Shown here: positions 39,299-48,694 of the stretch, one piece after another | Position numbering within the stretch: the first letter of the stretch is position 1 | Layout: every line of letters begins with the position of its first letter | DNA from: Acidimicrobiales bacterium | GTDB lineage: Bacteria; Actinomycetota; Acidimicrobiia; Acidimicrobiales; SZUA-35 | Length of the DNA stretch: 59,455 bases | Assembly: GCA_041576015.1 (NCBI GenBank) | Contig: JBFGLT010000002.1 | Span: 1 to 59,455, forward strand | Reading direction: 5' to 3' | Notes under the pieces: generated by a model | The model's input: the letters and a program-made list of their open reading frames with translations, nothing else | The model's database searches: none | What the model was told of the DNA's origin: nothing | Program-made: the position numbers and the translations under genes

Positions 39299-39393
39299 GG
39301 TGCTCCTTGTCGGCAGACGTGAGCAGAGTTTCACCTGGAGCGGCGTGATCGTCCCCCGGCAGGCCGGCCGCCCCGGCAACTACTGTCGCGCCC

Positions 39394-40623
39394 ATGACCC
39401 ATCACCTTGTCGCCGACGTGTTGATCCCGGGCCGAGGGGAACCGATCGAGGGTGGAGCCGTGGTGCTCGACGGGCACGAGATCGTGTACGCCGACTCGGC
39501 GGCGGGCGCACCATCACGCCAGAGCGGGGACACGATCACCGAGGTGCCCGTCGCGCTCCCGGGACTGTGGGACTGCCACGCCCACTTCGCCGGCCTGTCG
39601 CGACCTGATCTCGAGGTGCTGGCGAGGACCAGCGTCGTCACCGCAGCGGCCCGGTCGGTGCCCGATTGCGCCGCCATGCTCGACGGCGGCGTCACCAGCG
39701 TCCGCGATGTCGGTGGACTTGGGCTCAAACTTGCCCCGGCAGTCGAGGAGGGAACGATCCGAGGCCCTCGAATCCATGCCGCCGGTCGCATCCTGTCGAC
39801 GACAGGCGGCCACGGCGACATCCATGCGCTCCCGCTCGATTTCGTTCACCAGGTGACCTGCACCACCGGCTTCAGCATCCTGTGCGACGGCGTACCCGAG
39901 GTTCTTCGGGCCGTGCGAATGAACCTCCGCGACAACGCCAGGCTGATCAAGATCTGCGCATCCGGCGGGGTGATGTCCGAGGTCGATCATCCGATCCATC
40001 AGCAGTTCAGCGATGAGGAACTCGGCGCCATCGTCGGGGAGGCGGCCCGGGCCGAACGAATCGTCGCCGCCCATTGTCACGGCAAGCCGGGGATCATGGC
40101 CGCCCTTCGCGCCGGATGCCACACCATCGAACACGGCAGCTTCCTCGACGAGGAGGCGGCCGACACGATGGTGGAACAGGGGACGATGTACGTCCCGACC
40201 CGCTTCGTGGTTGCCGAGCTTCTGCACCAAGTGGACATGTTGCCCCGGTACGCCTACGAGAAGGGGATGATGGTCGCCAGCGCTCACGAGCAAGCGATGA
40301 AGATCGCTGTGGCCAAAGGGGTCAAGATCGCCGTCGGGTGCGACATCTTCGTCTCCGGACAGATGTACGGCGAGTCGAGCCGGGAGATCCAGCATCTCGT
40401 CAACGCCGGCATGACCGACCTCGAGGCGATCGAGGCAGCTACCGCCAACGGACCAGAGACCCTCGGTCCTCAGGCACCGCTGTCGGGCCAGCTGAAGGCC
40501 GGCTACGACGCCGACGTGATCGCCCTGGACACCAACCCCCTCGATGATCGCTCGGTCTGGGGAGTGCCCGACCGAGTGACCCACGTGTGGCAACGGGGCC
40601 GGCTGGTGAAGGCACCCGTCTGA
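39394..40623 (+). CDS. Amidohydrolase superfamily metal-dependent hydrolase
   Basis: 409 aa. N-terminal beta-sandwich plus GLWDCHAHF (HxH metal motif), IKICASGG, AAHCHG, IEHGSF and VGCDIF. Confidence 0.8.
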   Translation: MTHHLVADVLIPGRGEPIEGGAVVLDGHEIVYADSAAGAPSRQSGDTITEVPVALPGLWDCHAHFAGLSRPDLEVLARTSVVTAAARSVPDCAAMLDGGVTSVRDVGGLGLKLAPAVEEGTIRGPRIHAAGRILSTTGGHGDIHALPLDFVHQVTCTTGFSILCDGVPEVLRAVRMNLRDNARLIKICASGGVMSEVDHPIHQQFSDEELGAIVGEAARAERIVAAHCHGKPGIMAALRAGCHTIEHGSFLDEEAADTMVEQGTMYVPTRFVVAELLHQVDMLPRYAYEKGMMVASAHEQAMKIAVAKGVKIAVGCDIFVSGQMYGESSREIQHLVNAGMTDLEAIEAATANGPETLGPQAPLSGQLKAGYDADVIALDTNPLDDRSVWGVPDRVTHVWQRGRLVKAPV

Positions 40624-40733
40624 GCCAGCGACATGATCCGCGGCAGCGGGCTTCCACAACATCTGGCGACCCCGATTGAAGGCGGCCGGGTACATGTCTA
40701 TCGTGCGAAGAACGGCGTTTCGGGAAGGAATCA

Positions 40734-41099
40734 ATGATGAGTTCGCTGCTGGTGCACGTCACCCATGGTCCGGAGGCGCCGACTCGCGCCGCTCTCGCCT
40801 GCCTCGTCGCGCAAGCGGCAATGGATGAGGGCCACGACGTCTCGTTGTTCTTCGCCGGTGATGGTGCGCAGCTCCTACGTGACGCATCGCTCGAGTCCGT
40901 CCAGGGGGTGGGAACCGGGTCCCTGGGATCGGCCCTTCGTGCCCTGGTCGCCGCTGGCGTTCCGATCTACGTCTCCGGCATGTCGGCGAAGGCGCGCGGT
41001 GTCAAGGAATCCGATCTGGAGAACAAGGGTGCCTCCTTCGCCATGCCGGCGAAGCTGGTCGAACTGACCTTCGCAGCCGACCGGGTTCTCTGCTACTGA
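40734..41099 (+). CDS. DsrE/DsrF-like family protein
   Basis: 121 aa. LLVHVTHGPEAPTRAALACLVAQAAMDEGHDVSLFFAGDG...IYVSGMSAKARGV. The position usually held by the active Cys is Ser here. Confidence 0.65.
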   Translation: MMSSLLVHVTHGPEAPTRAALACLVAQAAMDEGHDVSLFFAGDGAQLLRDASLESVQGVGTGSLGSALRALVAAGVPIYVSGMSAKARGVKESDLENKGASFAMPAKLVELTFAADRVLCY

Positions 41100-41143
41100 C
41101 CGATCGGTTTGCCGGTCGAACGTTCAGGGACGAGGCCACCGTC

Positions 41144-41217
41144 ATGTAACGCGCATGCACCTAGCAATCCGTTACCACTGATGTAACGCCCTCTAGGTGA
41201 TTCATGCGTTACCGTGG
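41144..41217. promoter_or_regulatory. Two tandem 37-bp units, each ATGTAACGC-N18-GTTACC (inverted GTAAC/GTTAC half-sites); candidate operator pair
   Basis: Unit 1, 41144-41180: atgtaacgcgcatgcacctagcaatccgttaccactg. Unit 2, 41181-41217: atgtaacgccctctaggtgattcatgcgttaccgtgg. Unit 2 covers the ATG (41204) of the CGNR gene. The region is locally GC-poor. Confidence 0.3.
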
Positions 41218-41734
41218 AGCCGTGATCGACGTTGTGTCCCTCCCCCACGACGAGATCGTTGCGCTGGTCAACGAGTTCTCGGGCCCGACGAGACGGGCGG
41301 CCGATCGCCCTCGAGCAACGACCGCTGTAACGCGGGGCCGGCCGTGGCCCACCGTCGACGTCGAACGAGCGGCCGACCAGTTGTTCGGAGTCTTTCGCGC
41401 CGCCCCTGTGCAGCGGGAAGTCGCCCGCCGCCTCGACCGGATAATCCAGGCAGCGACGGTCTACCTGTCGGTCGAGGTCATCGACGGTCGAGTAGACCGC
41501 CGGCACACGACACCGTCGACCGAAGCCGTTCCCGCCGTCGCAGGTGCCCTCGGACTGCTCGAGATCATCGAAGCGATCGGTACCGAGCGGCTCGGCTGTT
41601 GCGCAGCGGCGAACTGCACCGACGTCTTCATCGATCGCTCGCCCCGGGGCAACCGTCGGTTCTGCTCGCCCACCTGCCACACGCGGGAGCGGGTTGCCCG
41701 GCACCGACGACACCACCGCGCACCGGTCAGATGA
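41204..41734 (+). CDS. CGNR zinc-finger domain protein (ABATE N-domain plus zf-CGNR)
   Basis: C-terminal CCAAANCTDVFIDRSPRGNRRFCSPTCHTRERVARHR matches the CGNR zinc-finger pattern. Confidence 0.8.
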   Translation: MRYRGAVIDVVSLPHDEIVALVNEFSGPTRRAADRPRATTAVTRGRPWPTVDVERAADQLFGVFRAAPVQREVARRLDRIIQAATVYLSVEVIDGRVDRRHTTPSTEAVPAVAGALGLLEIIEAIGTERLGCCAAANCTDVFIDRSPRGNRRFCSPTCHTRERVARHRRHHRAPVR

Positions 41735-41795
41735 GCGGTGGCGTCGGTGATGATCAGGAGCATCTCGATGTCGAATACGCGATACCGTCTCTGCT

Positions 41796-42032
41796 ATGAC
41801 CAGACATCGAGAGTCGCCGGCCGCCGACGAGTTGATTCGCCAGCTCGTCGCCCTGCGTCAGATCCGGGGGCTGTCCCAGACCAAAGTGGCAGCCCGTATG
41901 GGGACTTCGCAGTCGGCCCTCGCCCGGCTCGAGTCCGGCCGGACCGACGTTCGGCTCTCGACGCTCACCCGGTTCGCTGACGCGCTCGAGGCCGATATCG
42001 GCTTTGCCGTGCGCCACCGCGGGAAGACCTGA
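41796..42032 (+). CDS. XRE-family helix-turn-helix transcriptional regulator
   Basis: 78 aa. LRQIRGLSQTKVAARMGTSQSALARLESGRTDVRLSTLTRFADAL is a classic Cro/C1 HTH. Confidence 0.75.
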   Translation: MTRHRESPAADELIRQLVALRQIRGLSQTKVAARMGTSQSALARLESGRTDVRLSTLTRFADALEADIGFAVRHRGKT

Positions 42033-42034
42033 GC

Positions 42035-42994
42035 ATGCGGGCGACGATCGTCGGGGCCGGGGTGTCCGGACTGACCACCGCCGTGGTCTTCGGCGAAGCG
42101 GGCTGGGACGTGCTCGTGGTTGCCAGCGAGACGCACGAGTCGACGGTGTCGGCGGTCGCCGCCGCCGTGTGGACGATGGTCGACAGCGAGCCGCTCAGGT
42201 CCACCCGGCGCTGGGCCATGACGAGCCGGGAGCGCTTCGCCACGGCCACCGCCGAACCGGCGGCGGGTGTGGTTCCGCTCCGCCAGCGAGAGCTCGAGCG
42301 GGTGGACCCCGGGCCGATCTGGTGGGAGCGCACGCCCTTCGTGCGGCGGCTCACCGCCGAGGAGACACCAGCGGGGTACGCCACCGGCTTCGAGATCGAC
42401 GGGTTCATGATCGAGCCACCGCTCTATCTTCCGTGGTTGACCGACCGGTTGAAGCAGCTCGGCGTGCTGGTGACCCATCGCTCCGTCGACCGGCTCGACG
42501 GTCTCGATGGCGACGTCGTTGTCAATTGTTCCGGTCTGGGCGCTGGTGCGCTGACCGGCGACGATTCCCTCTATCCGATTCGTGGTCAGGTCGTCGTGGT
42601 AGCGAACCCGGGGATCGGCGATGGGGTTTCGGATGAGTCGGTTCCCGATCGGATCGCCTATGTCTACCCTCGCTCCCGCGAGGTCATCCTCGGCGGGCTA
42701 CGGGAAACGAGCTCGGCGGAACTGGCGGCCGATCCGTTGGTGAGCGAACGAATCCTGGCCGATTGCGCCCTGCTCGATCCGAGGGTCGCCGGACTCGACC
42801 CGATCGACGTACGGGTGGGACTCCGGCCAGGACGGCCAAGCGTGCGACTCGAGACCGAGTACCGGTCGAATGGGCCGGTGATGGTCCACAACTACGGCCA
42901 CGGAGGCGCCGGATACATCCTCTCGTGGGGCGCCGCCGAGGAGGCCTTGGCCATGGCGACGGCGGCCGCCGATGGCCGGAGCGGGTCCCGCTAG
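42035..42994 (+). CDS. FAD-dependent D-amino-acid oxidase-like oxidoreductase
   Basis: MRATIVGAGVSGLTTA (dinucleotide fold), PIRGQVVVV and C-terminal HNYGHGGAGYILSWG (DAAO signature region). Starts 2 nt after the XRE gene stop. Confidence 0.8.
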   Translation: MRATIVGAGVSGLTTAVVFGEAGWDVLVVASETHESTVSAVAAAVWTMVDSEPLRSTRRWAMTSRERFATATAEPAAGVVPLRQRELERVDPGPIWWERTPFVRRLTAEETPAGYATGFEIDGFMIEPPLYLPWLTDRLKQLGVLVTHRSVDRLDGLDGDVVVNCSGLGAGALTGDDSLYPIRGQVVVVANPGIGDGVSDESVPDRIAYVYPRSREVILGGLRETSSAELAADPLVSERILADCALLDPRVAGLDPIDVRVGLRPGRPSVRLETEYRSNGPVMVHNYGHGGAGYILSWGAAEEALAMATAAADGRSGSR

Positions 42995-43614
42995 TCGCGA
43001 CTTCGCATCACTGCCACACCGTCGCCGCTCAAGCTATCGAGCGCCGCCTTCCGGCCGGTCATCGCCAGGGTCAGATGCTGAGCGGTTCCCTCGACCAGTG
43101 GTCCTTCGCCATGGACCCAATCTGCGTCGGTGGCCCTCAGCTCGAGCCCCTCGATGCGCTTCCGGCAGCCGAGTGCCGGTTGGACGTTCTTCAGATAGTC
43201 GAGTCCGGCGGTGTAGTGGTCGGCGGGGAAGGCGAGCGGACGCCCCACTCCCTCGGAGATGTCACCGGAGTGCACGAGAACCTCTGACAGCACACCCATC
43301 GGCTTGAGTCCCGGAGGAACATTGCGGGAGCCGGCCTCCTTGCGCAGCGTCTCAGCGATCTCCTCCGGCGACTTCTCGCCGGCGATTTTGTCGACCATCC
43401 TGGCCGAGAATCGGTCCAGATTGAACCCGGACAACAAGAAGTTGAGCAGAACCTGGCTCTTTGGCATCGTCGGTACCACGAGCATGTGGGCGGCGGCCTC
43501 CTTGACCGTCCAGTCGGCGCACAGCGACTGCTTCTTCCAATCGTCGTCTGACAGCCCCGACAGATAGTCCGCCAGTTCGATTCGATCGGCTTCGATCATT
43601 GGCCAGGGATCCAT
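42991..43614 (-). CDS. Mycothiol-dependent maleylpyruvate isomerase-family (DinB-fold) protein
   Basis: 207 aa. N-terminal ELADYLSGLSDDDWKKQSLCADWTVKEAAAHM is the pattern of the actinobacterial TIGR03083-type family. Confidence 0.75.
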   Translation of the reverse strand: MDPWPMIEADRIELADYLSGLSDDDWKKQSLCADWTVKEAAAHMLVVPTMPKSQVLLNFLLSGFNLDRFSARMVDKIAGEKSPEEIAETLRKEAGSRNVPPGLKPMGVLSEVLVHSGDISEGVGRPLAFPADHYTAGLDYLKNVQPALGCRKRIEGLELRATDADWVHGEGPLVEGTAQHLTLAMTGRKAALDSLSGDGVAVMRSRD

Positions 43615-43776
43615 GGCAACTCCTCACGTCCATCGCAACCCTAATCGACTGCTTCCAGTGCGTCATCCGGTGCGCATGCCTGCCGGCTGTGGGCCACACG
43701 GACACATCGACCATCGAAGTGGCAAAGAGCCCTCAAGGCGGCGAACATTGGTTCATCGGCTTCTGCTCAGCTCCGA

Positions 43777-43798
43777 CCCGATGCTTCGCACCATCGGG
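43777..43798 (-). terminator. Hairpin (7-bp stem CCCGATG/CATCGGG, 8-nt loop) just downstream of the GNAT gene
   Basis: Read from the sequence, 12 nt after the stop at 43810. No U-tract, which is common in high-GC actinobacteria. Confidence 0.3.
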
Positions 43799-43809
43799 TC
43801 TTGGGTCTC

Positions 43810-44319
43810 TCAGAGATCGCGGTACATGATGTGGAGCGGCACCAACCCCTCGACAGGATGGCGGAACGCCCTGGGGACGGTGCCCACGATCGCGAAGTCC
43901 AGGGACTCCCACAGTCCGATGGCGGGCGTGTTGGTGGCGACGACAGCGTTGAACTGCATCCCCAGGTATCCCAGTCGACGGGCTTCGCCGATCACGAATT
44001 CGGCGAGTGCCCGACCGATACCTCGACCGGCGGCCGAGGGGGCGACCATCCACCCGGCATTGGCGACATGATCACCGAGCCCCGGCTGGTTCGGTTTGAG
44101 GTAGGCGGTCGCCAGCACCTCACCGTTCACCGATGCGACATACGTCGCCGACCGCTCCGCCCCGGTCACCATCCAGATCGATCGAGCATCACCCTCGGCT
44201 ATGGCGGGATCGTAGGTGTAGGTATCGCCGCGTTTGATCACATCGGACAAGATCGGCCAGATGACGTCCCAGTCCTGGTCGGCGGCGACCCGACAGATCA
44301 CTCCGGCGGGGTCGTGCAT
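43810..44319 (-). CDS. GNAT family N-acetyltransferase
   Basis: Last 169 aa of track ORF 43810..44466 (MHDPAGVICRVAADQDWD...). Acetyl-CoA site MVAPSAAGRGIGRALAEFVI. The ATG lies 4 nt after the stop of the upstream GT2 gene. Confidence 0.8.
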   Translation of the reverse strand: MHDPAGVICRVAADQDWDVIWPILSDVIKRGDTYTYDPAIAEGDARSIWMVTGAERSATYVASVNGEVLATAYLKPNQPGLGDHVANAGWMVAPSAAGRGIGRALAEFVIGEARRLGYLGMQFNAVVATNTPAIGLWESLDFAIVGTVPRAFRHPVEGLVPLHIMYRDL

Positions 44320-44323
44320 CCCC

Positions 44324-45571
44324 CTACCGTAGGAGGCCGACCTCGCGTTCCAGCCACGAACGCAGACGGGCCGGCGACATGATGTCGGGATCGCCGAGAC
44401 GGTCGTCGGCGATGCCCTCGAGTTCCGGTGGCACGCGCTGGACGACGTGCTCGAGAACCGGAGCATGTCCGTAGTCGTCGATGACCGACGCCATCTCCTC
44501 GTCGTGGTCCACTCCCCGGGACCGGGCGGCCGCCACCAAACCTTGAAGGAGCGACTCCCAGGTCGTCATCGGACCCTGGGTGATCGAGGCGGACTCCTCG
44601 AAGGAATCGATGAAGGCGAACGGAACTCTCTCGATCGTGTGGCCCCCGGCCACTGCGCCGTACAGCCAGTCCGAGTCGAATGCGAATCCAAACGTCGACG
44701 GTGCGGCGAGGATGTCGTCGAGTGCCGGCCTTCCGTACAGCTTGAAGGCGGCCTGGGTATCCCGCAGACCCCGCTCGAACAGCGCCCTGCCCACCATTCG
44801 CTGCATGTGTCGCAGAACCACGATGCCAGGGCCCCAGCGGGCCTCGGCCTTGATCAAGATGGCCTCGGGGTGTTTGCGGTCGCCGATCACGACGTCGGCG
44901 CCCCGTGCATGGGCGGCGATGAGCAGACCAACCTGACCCAGATTCACCGAATTGTCGGCATCGGTCATCACCACGGCATCGCAGCCGTCGGCCATTGCGG
45001 CGGCGGCGCCGTGAATGATCGCTCCGCCCTTGCGGGACTCATCGACGTGGCCGAGCCCGGCCAGCGGCCCGGTCGTGTCAGCGACCCCATCGGCCAGCCG
45101 CAGTACACGCACCCGGTCCCCGCGGTCGTGGAGCAACGCTCGTTCCTCGGCGACGGCGGCGCTGTCATCGGGGTCGCCGTCGTCGACGGGGTAGATCAGC
45201 CAGTCGATGTCGTTGCTGTCGAGGAGCCAGTCGAGCTGATCGAGCTTGACGTGCAGAGCGTCCTCGCCTGTGGGGTTGAGGTCGCCTCGAGGCCGGAGGC
45301 GGCGCTGCTCGCCCCACATTGCAAAGACCACCGCGATCCGGCCAGTCCACGCCACCTGGCCGAGCTGCCGCTTCGATCGTGCCAGCGTGGCGCCCAACCG
45401 CAGATCGATGGGGCGGTCGATGCCGATACTGATAGCGGTCAGATCGTCGTCGGAGGGATCGGCGGCCAGCAGGCCATCGGCCAGGTCGCGTAGACGCCGG
45501 TGATCATCCGTCGACGAGATGTCGAACGCACCACGTGCCGCCTGCGTGAGAAATACCTCGAGTTCGCTCAT
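44324..45571 (-). CDS. Family 2 (GT-A) glycosyltransferase with extended N- and C-terminal regions
   Basis: Residue 25 onward of track ORF 44324..45643 (MSELEVFLTQ...) behind GGGAAGGA. Contains VVMTDADNS (DxD region) and RDTQAAFKLY, typical of GT2 enzymes. Confidence 0.7.
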   Translation of the reverse strand: MSELEVFLTQAARGAFDISSTDDHRRLRDLADGLLAADPSDDDLTAISIGIDRPIDLRLGATLARSKRQLGQVAWTGRIAVVFAMWGEQRRLRPRGDLNPTGEDALHVKLDQLDWLLDSNDIDWLIYPVDDGDPDDSAAVAEERALLHDRGDRVRVLRLADGVADTTGPLAGLGHVDESRKGGAIIHGAAAAMADGCDAVVMTDADNSVNLGQVGLLIAAHARGADVVIGDRKHPEAILIKAEARWGPGIVVLRHMQRMVGRALFERGLRDTQAAFKLYGRPALDDILAAPSTFGFAFDSDWLYGAVAGGHTIERVPFAFIDSFEESASITQGPMTTWESLLQGLVAAARSRGVDHDEEMASVIDDYGHAPVLEHVVQRVPPELEGIADDRLGDPDIMSPARLRSWLEREVGLLR

Positions 45572-45615
45572 GATGGTGTCCTTCCCGAGACCGGGTTGCA
45601 ACCTACATCGAACGC

Positions 45616-45647
45616 GCTGGTGGGGCGCCGATTGGCGCCCCACCAGC
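45616..45647 (-). terminator. Perfect 14-bp-stem hairpin (GCTGGTGGGGCGCC-GATT-GGCGCCCCACCAGC), likely intrinsic terminator of furA-katG
   Basis: Read from the sequence, 27 nt downstream of the katG stop (45674) and upstream of the next gene start (45571). No U-tract. Confidence 0.55.
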
Positions 45648-45673
45648 TTCTCCGTTGTGGGTCCTTCTCTCTC

Positions 45674-47857
45674 TCAGTCGAGATCGAAGCGGTCGTTCTC
45701 CATGACCTTCACCCAACCGGAAACCAACTTGTCGAGGAACAGCTCGTCGCCTCCGTTGGCGGCGTATTCCTCAGCGATGGCCCGGAGCTGGCTGTTGGAC
45801 CCGAATACGAGATCGACCCGAGTTCCGGTCCACTTCAGGTCACCGGTGGCCCGGTCGCGTCCGTCGAACACATCCTCGGCTTCGCCCACGGCGGTCCAGC
45901 GCGTGCTCATGTCGAGCAGGTTGGTGAAGAAGTCGGTCGTCAGTTGACCGGGACGATGCGTCAGCACACCGTGACCCTCGGGGCCGGCGTTGGCGCCCAG
46001 CGCCCGAAACCCACCGACGAGGGCCGTCATCTCCGGCGCCGACAGGTTCAACATGAACGCCTTGTCGATCAGCAGATGTTCGGCCGGGACGGCGTCCTGC
46101 TTGCCGAGGTAGTTCCGGAACCCGTCGGCCTTCGGTTCGAGGTAGGCGAACGACTCGACGTCGGTGCTGTCCTGGTCGGCATCGGTCCGACCCGGCGTGA
46201 ACGGCACGCTGATGTCGTAGCCGGCGGCCTTGGCGGCGCTTTCGAGGGCCGCCGAACCGCCGAGGACGATGAGATCGGCCAGCGAGACCTGCGGACCGCC
46301 CTTGCCGTTGAACTCGCTGCGGATCTCCTCCAGCTTGGCGATCACCGAGCCGACCCCGGCTTGGATGTTCACGTCCCAGCTCGCCTGAGGCTCGAGGCGG
46401 ATTCGTGCGCCGTTGGCACCGCCGCGGAAGTCCGTGCGACGGTAGGTCGATGCCGACGCCCACGCCGTGTTGACCAACCGCTCGACGGTGAGGCCGGAGT
46501 CCAGAACGAGCGACTTCAGCTCGGCGATCTCGGCATCACCGATCATCGGTCCCTCGTGGGCCGGAACGTTGTCCTGCCAGACGAGTTCCTCGTCGGGGAC
46601 CTGGGGACCGACGTAGCGAATGGCCGGCCCCATGTCACGGTGCAGGAGCTTGAACCAGGCCCGGGCGAACGCGTCGGCGAGCTGATCGGGGTTCTCCCGG
46701 AATCGCTTGGAGATCTCCAAGTAGGCCGGATCGGTGATCATCGCCATGTCGGCGGTGGACATCGTGGGCTTGGTCTCGGGCGCCCCGGGCTCCACCGGTG
46801 GCACCATGAAACCGTCCTTGACCTCGCGCGGCTGCCACTGCTTGGCGCCGGCGGGCGACTCGACGACCTCCCATTCGTGGGAGAAGAGGGTTTCGAGGTA
46901 CTTGTTGTCCCACTGGGTGGGGGTCGGTGTCCAGGCGCCTTCGAGGCCGGAGGTCACGGTGTACTGTCCGAGGCCGGTCTCGTGGGTGTTGACCCAACCG
47001 AGACCCTGCTCGGACAGGCCGGCACCCTCGGGCTCCGAGCCGACCAGCTCGGCGGGACCGTTGCCGTGCATCTTTCCGAACGTGTGACCGCCGATGGTGA
47101 GCGCGACGGTCTCCTCGTCGTTCATCGCCATGCGCCCGAATGTCTCGCGGATGTCCTGCGCCGATGCCAGCGCATCCGGAATGCCGTTGGGGCCCTCGGG
47201 ATTGACGTAGATGAGACCCATCTGGACAGCGGCGAGCGGGTTGGCCAGCTCGCGTTCTCCGGAGTAGCGCTGGTCGCCGAGCCACTCGTTCTCGGGGCCC
47301 CAGTAGATGTCGTCCTCGGGCGCCCAGATGTCGGGCCGCCCGAACGAGAACCCGAACGTCCTGAAGCCCATGGTCTCGAGTGCCCGGTTCCCGGCGAACA
47401 CGAGGAGGTCGGCCCACGAAATGGCTTTGCCGTACTTCTGCTTGATCGGCAGGAGGAGGCGGCGGGCCTTGTCGAGGTTGCCGTTGTCAGGCCAGGAATT
47501 CAGCGGGGCGAAGCGCTGCGCGCCGGTCCCGGCACCGCCACGGCCATCGGTGACACGGTACGTGCCGGCGGCATGCCAGCTCATCCGGATCATGAAGCCG
47601 CCGTAGTGGCCCCAGTCAGCCGGCCACCAATCCTTGGAATCGGTCATGAGGGCGTCGACGTCGCGGGTCAGTTCGTCGATGTCGATCCCGGCAACCGCGC
47701 TGCGATAGTCGAAATCCGGCTCGAACGGGGTGGAACTCGGATGGTTCTGGTGGAGGATCCGCAGGTTGAGCTGATTCGGCCACCACTTTTCGTTTGACTG
47801 AGCCTCGCCGGAGGTGAGCGAGCCCCATTCGGGGGTGCGGGTTGAACTGTCGGTCAT
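45674..47857 (-). CDS. katG: Catalase-peroxidase
   Basis: Residue 59 onward of track ORF 45674..48031 ([12 protein letters not shown]...) behind AGGAGA. Contains [13 protein letters not shown] (distal His/Trp) and [12 protein letters not shown] (proximal His). Two-domain length of 727 aa. Confidence 0.92.
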   Translation of the reverse strand: MTDSSTRTPEWGSLTSGEAQSNEKWWPNQLNLRILHQNHPSSTPFEPDFDYRSAVAGIDIDELTRDVDALMTDSKDWWPADWGHYGGFMIRMSWHAAGTYRVTDGRGGAGTGAQRFAPLNSWPDNGNLDKARRLLLPIKQKYGKAISWADLLVFAGNRALETMGFRTFGFSFGRPDIWAPEDDIYWGPENEWLGDQRYSGERELANPLAAVQMGLIYVNPEGPNGIPDALASAQDIRETFGRMAMNDEETVALTIGGHTFGKMHGNGPAELVGSEPEGAGLSEQGLGWVNTHETGLGQYTVTSGLEGAWTPTPTQWDNKYLETLFSHEWEVVESPAGAKQWQPREVKDGFMVPPVEPGAPETKPTMSTADMAMITDPAYLEISKRFRENPDQLADAFARAWFKLLHRDMGPAIRYVGPQVPDEELVWQDNVPAHEGPMIGDAEIAELKSLVLDSGLTVERLVNTAWASASTYRRTDFRGGANGARIRLEPQASWDVNIQAGVGSVIAKLEEIRSEFNGKGGPQVSLADLIVLGGSAALESAAKAAGYDISVPFTPGRTDADQDSTDVESFAYLEPKADGFRNYLGKQDAVPAEHLLIDKAFMLNLSAPEMTALVGGFRALGANAGPEGHGVLTHRPGQLTTDFFTNLLDMSTRWTAVGEAEDVFDGRDRATGDLKWTGTRVDLVFGSNSQLRAIAEEYAANGGDELFLDKLVSGWVKVMENDRFDLD

Positions 47858-47934
47858 GGTTCTCCTGTGGTTGATTCTCGGTCGGTTGGGTGGGGTTTCT
47901 GGTGAGCGAGGGCCTCGGTGAGGAGTCCCTGGGC

Positions 47935-48357
47935 TCAGGTGTCCGAGGCCCGGCACTCGGGACAGGTGCCCCAGTAGATCACCTCGGCCTCGTGAACATC
48001 GAACTGCCAGTCCTCGGCCGGTGTCAGACAAGGAGTCTCGCCGACCGCGCAGTCGACGTCGACCAGACGGTCGCAGCTCTGGCAGATGAGATGATGGTGG
48101 TTGTCGCCAACCCGGCCTTCGTACCGGGTCGGCGAACCCGCCGGCTGAATGCGCCGGATGATGTCGTGCTCGGCGAGAACGGTCAACGTGTCGTACACCG
48201 ACTGCTGAGAGATCGCCCCGATCTCGGACCGGACCGCGTGGGCGACCTCGTTGGCAGTGCTGTGGGGATGGGCGTTGACTGCTCGGAAGACGGCGAGCCG
48301 CTGGGCCGTGACTTGGACGGCGTGGTCGCGGAGCACCGTTGCGGGGTCGACGGGCAC
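47935..48357 (-). CDS. furA: Fur-family transcriptional regulator (FurA/PerR-like), upstream of katG
   Basis: Track ORF 47935..48483 trimmed to GTG 48357, giving 140 aa. Winged helix ([11 protein letters not shown]...STANEV), [17 protein letters not shown]...CPEC metal sites. furA-katG order as in mycobacteria. Confidence 0.8.
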   Translation of the reverse strand: MPVDPATVLRDHAVQVTAQRLAVFRAVNAHPHSTANEVAHAVRSEIGAISQQSVYDTLTVLAEHDIIRRIQPAGSPTRYEGRVGDNHHHLICQSCDRLVDVDCAVGETPCLTPAEDWQFDVHEAEVIYWGTCPECRASDT

Positions 48358-48694
48358 GAACGCAGTCTTGTACCGATTCTGGACTGAGTCAAATCCTGTG
48401 CATCGACCAGCGAGCACGTCTCGGCTCTCGCGCAAGCCCCCTACGAGCGCACTGTCCAACCGGGAGATGCCCGAGCAGGCCACCGGATGACCCAGCCATG
48501 CACCCGCACTCGTTCGGCATCATCGACGGCAAATCGAGATTCGGTTGCAGGTCGATCACGGCAACCTCCGATGCCGGGTACGCCCGGGAGTAGTAGCCAA
48601 CGGATCGGGCCGATCGACGAGCCAGACCGGCGCTGGAGTGAGAAGAGGGTGCGGGGGTACGCTCGGTTCGTCCACGATCTCAGGAGAGTCAGAC

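Noticed and set aside
36533-39322. 929-aa plus-strand ORF
   Set aside because: It is antisense to glgP, which has unmistakable phosphorylase motifs, and to a membrane protein gene. The sequence is low-complexity and R/G/P-rich, so I treat it as a shadow ORF.
40633-40737. 34-codon upstream ORF ending in ATGA overlap with the DsrE-like gene start
   Set aside because: By hand count, third-position GC is only about 58%, against an apparently much higher third-position GC in the genes of this window (by eye, not counted). There is no SD and no recognisable peptide, so it is probably non-coding leader.
40734-41099. DsrE-like protein as a second selenoprotein candidate (DsrE-like Sec proteins have been reported, to my recollection)
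   Set aside because: The ORF is uninterrupted, has no in-frame TGA, and the position usually holding the active Cys is Ser (IYVSGMS). Nothing supports Sec here.
44324-45571. GT2 glycosyltransferase as the missing mycofactocin glycosyltransferase MftF
   Set aside because: It is 30 kb from mftABC, sits in an operon with a GNAT downstream of katG, and I see no MftF-specific signature. Only a family-level GT2 call is justified.
45500-47797. 765-aa plus-strand ORF
   Set aside because: It is antisense to katG, whose heme peroxidase motifs are clear, so it is a shadow ORF. The same reasoning applies to 24873..26516, 14823..16064, 31100..32839, 31236..32696, 49579..51435, 52747..54114, 17079..18389, 8938..10131 and similar track entries.
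48358-48694. 337-bp furA/xdh intergenic region as a riboswitch (Moco or purine) or FurA operator (9-bp palindrome GACTgAGTC at about 48383-48391)
   Set aside because: I could not match any riboswitch consensus by eye. The palindrome is too short to be significant, and only short local hairpins such as CCGGG-TACG-CCCGG are present. It needs covariance-model scanning (Rfam) before any claim.
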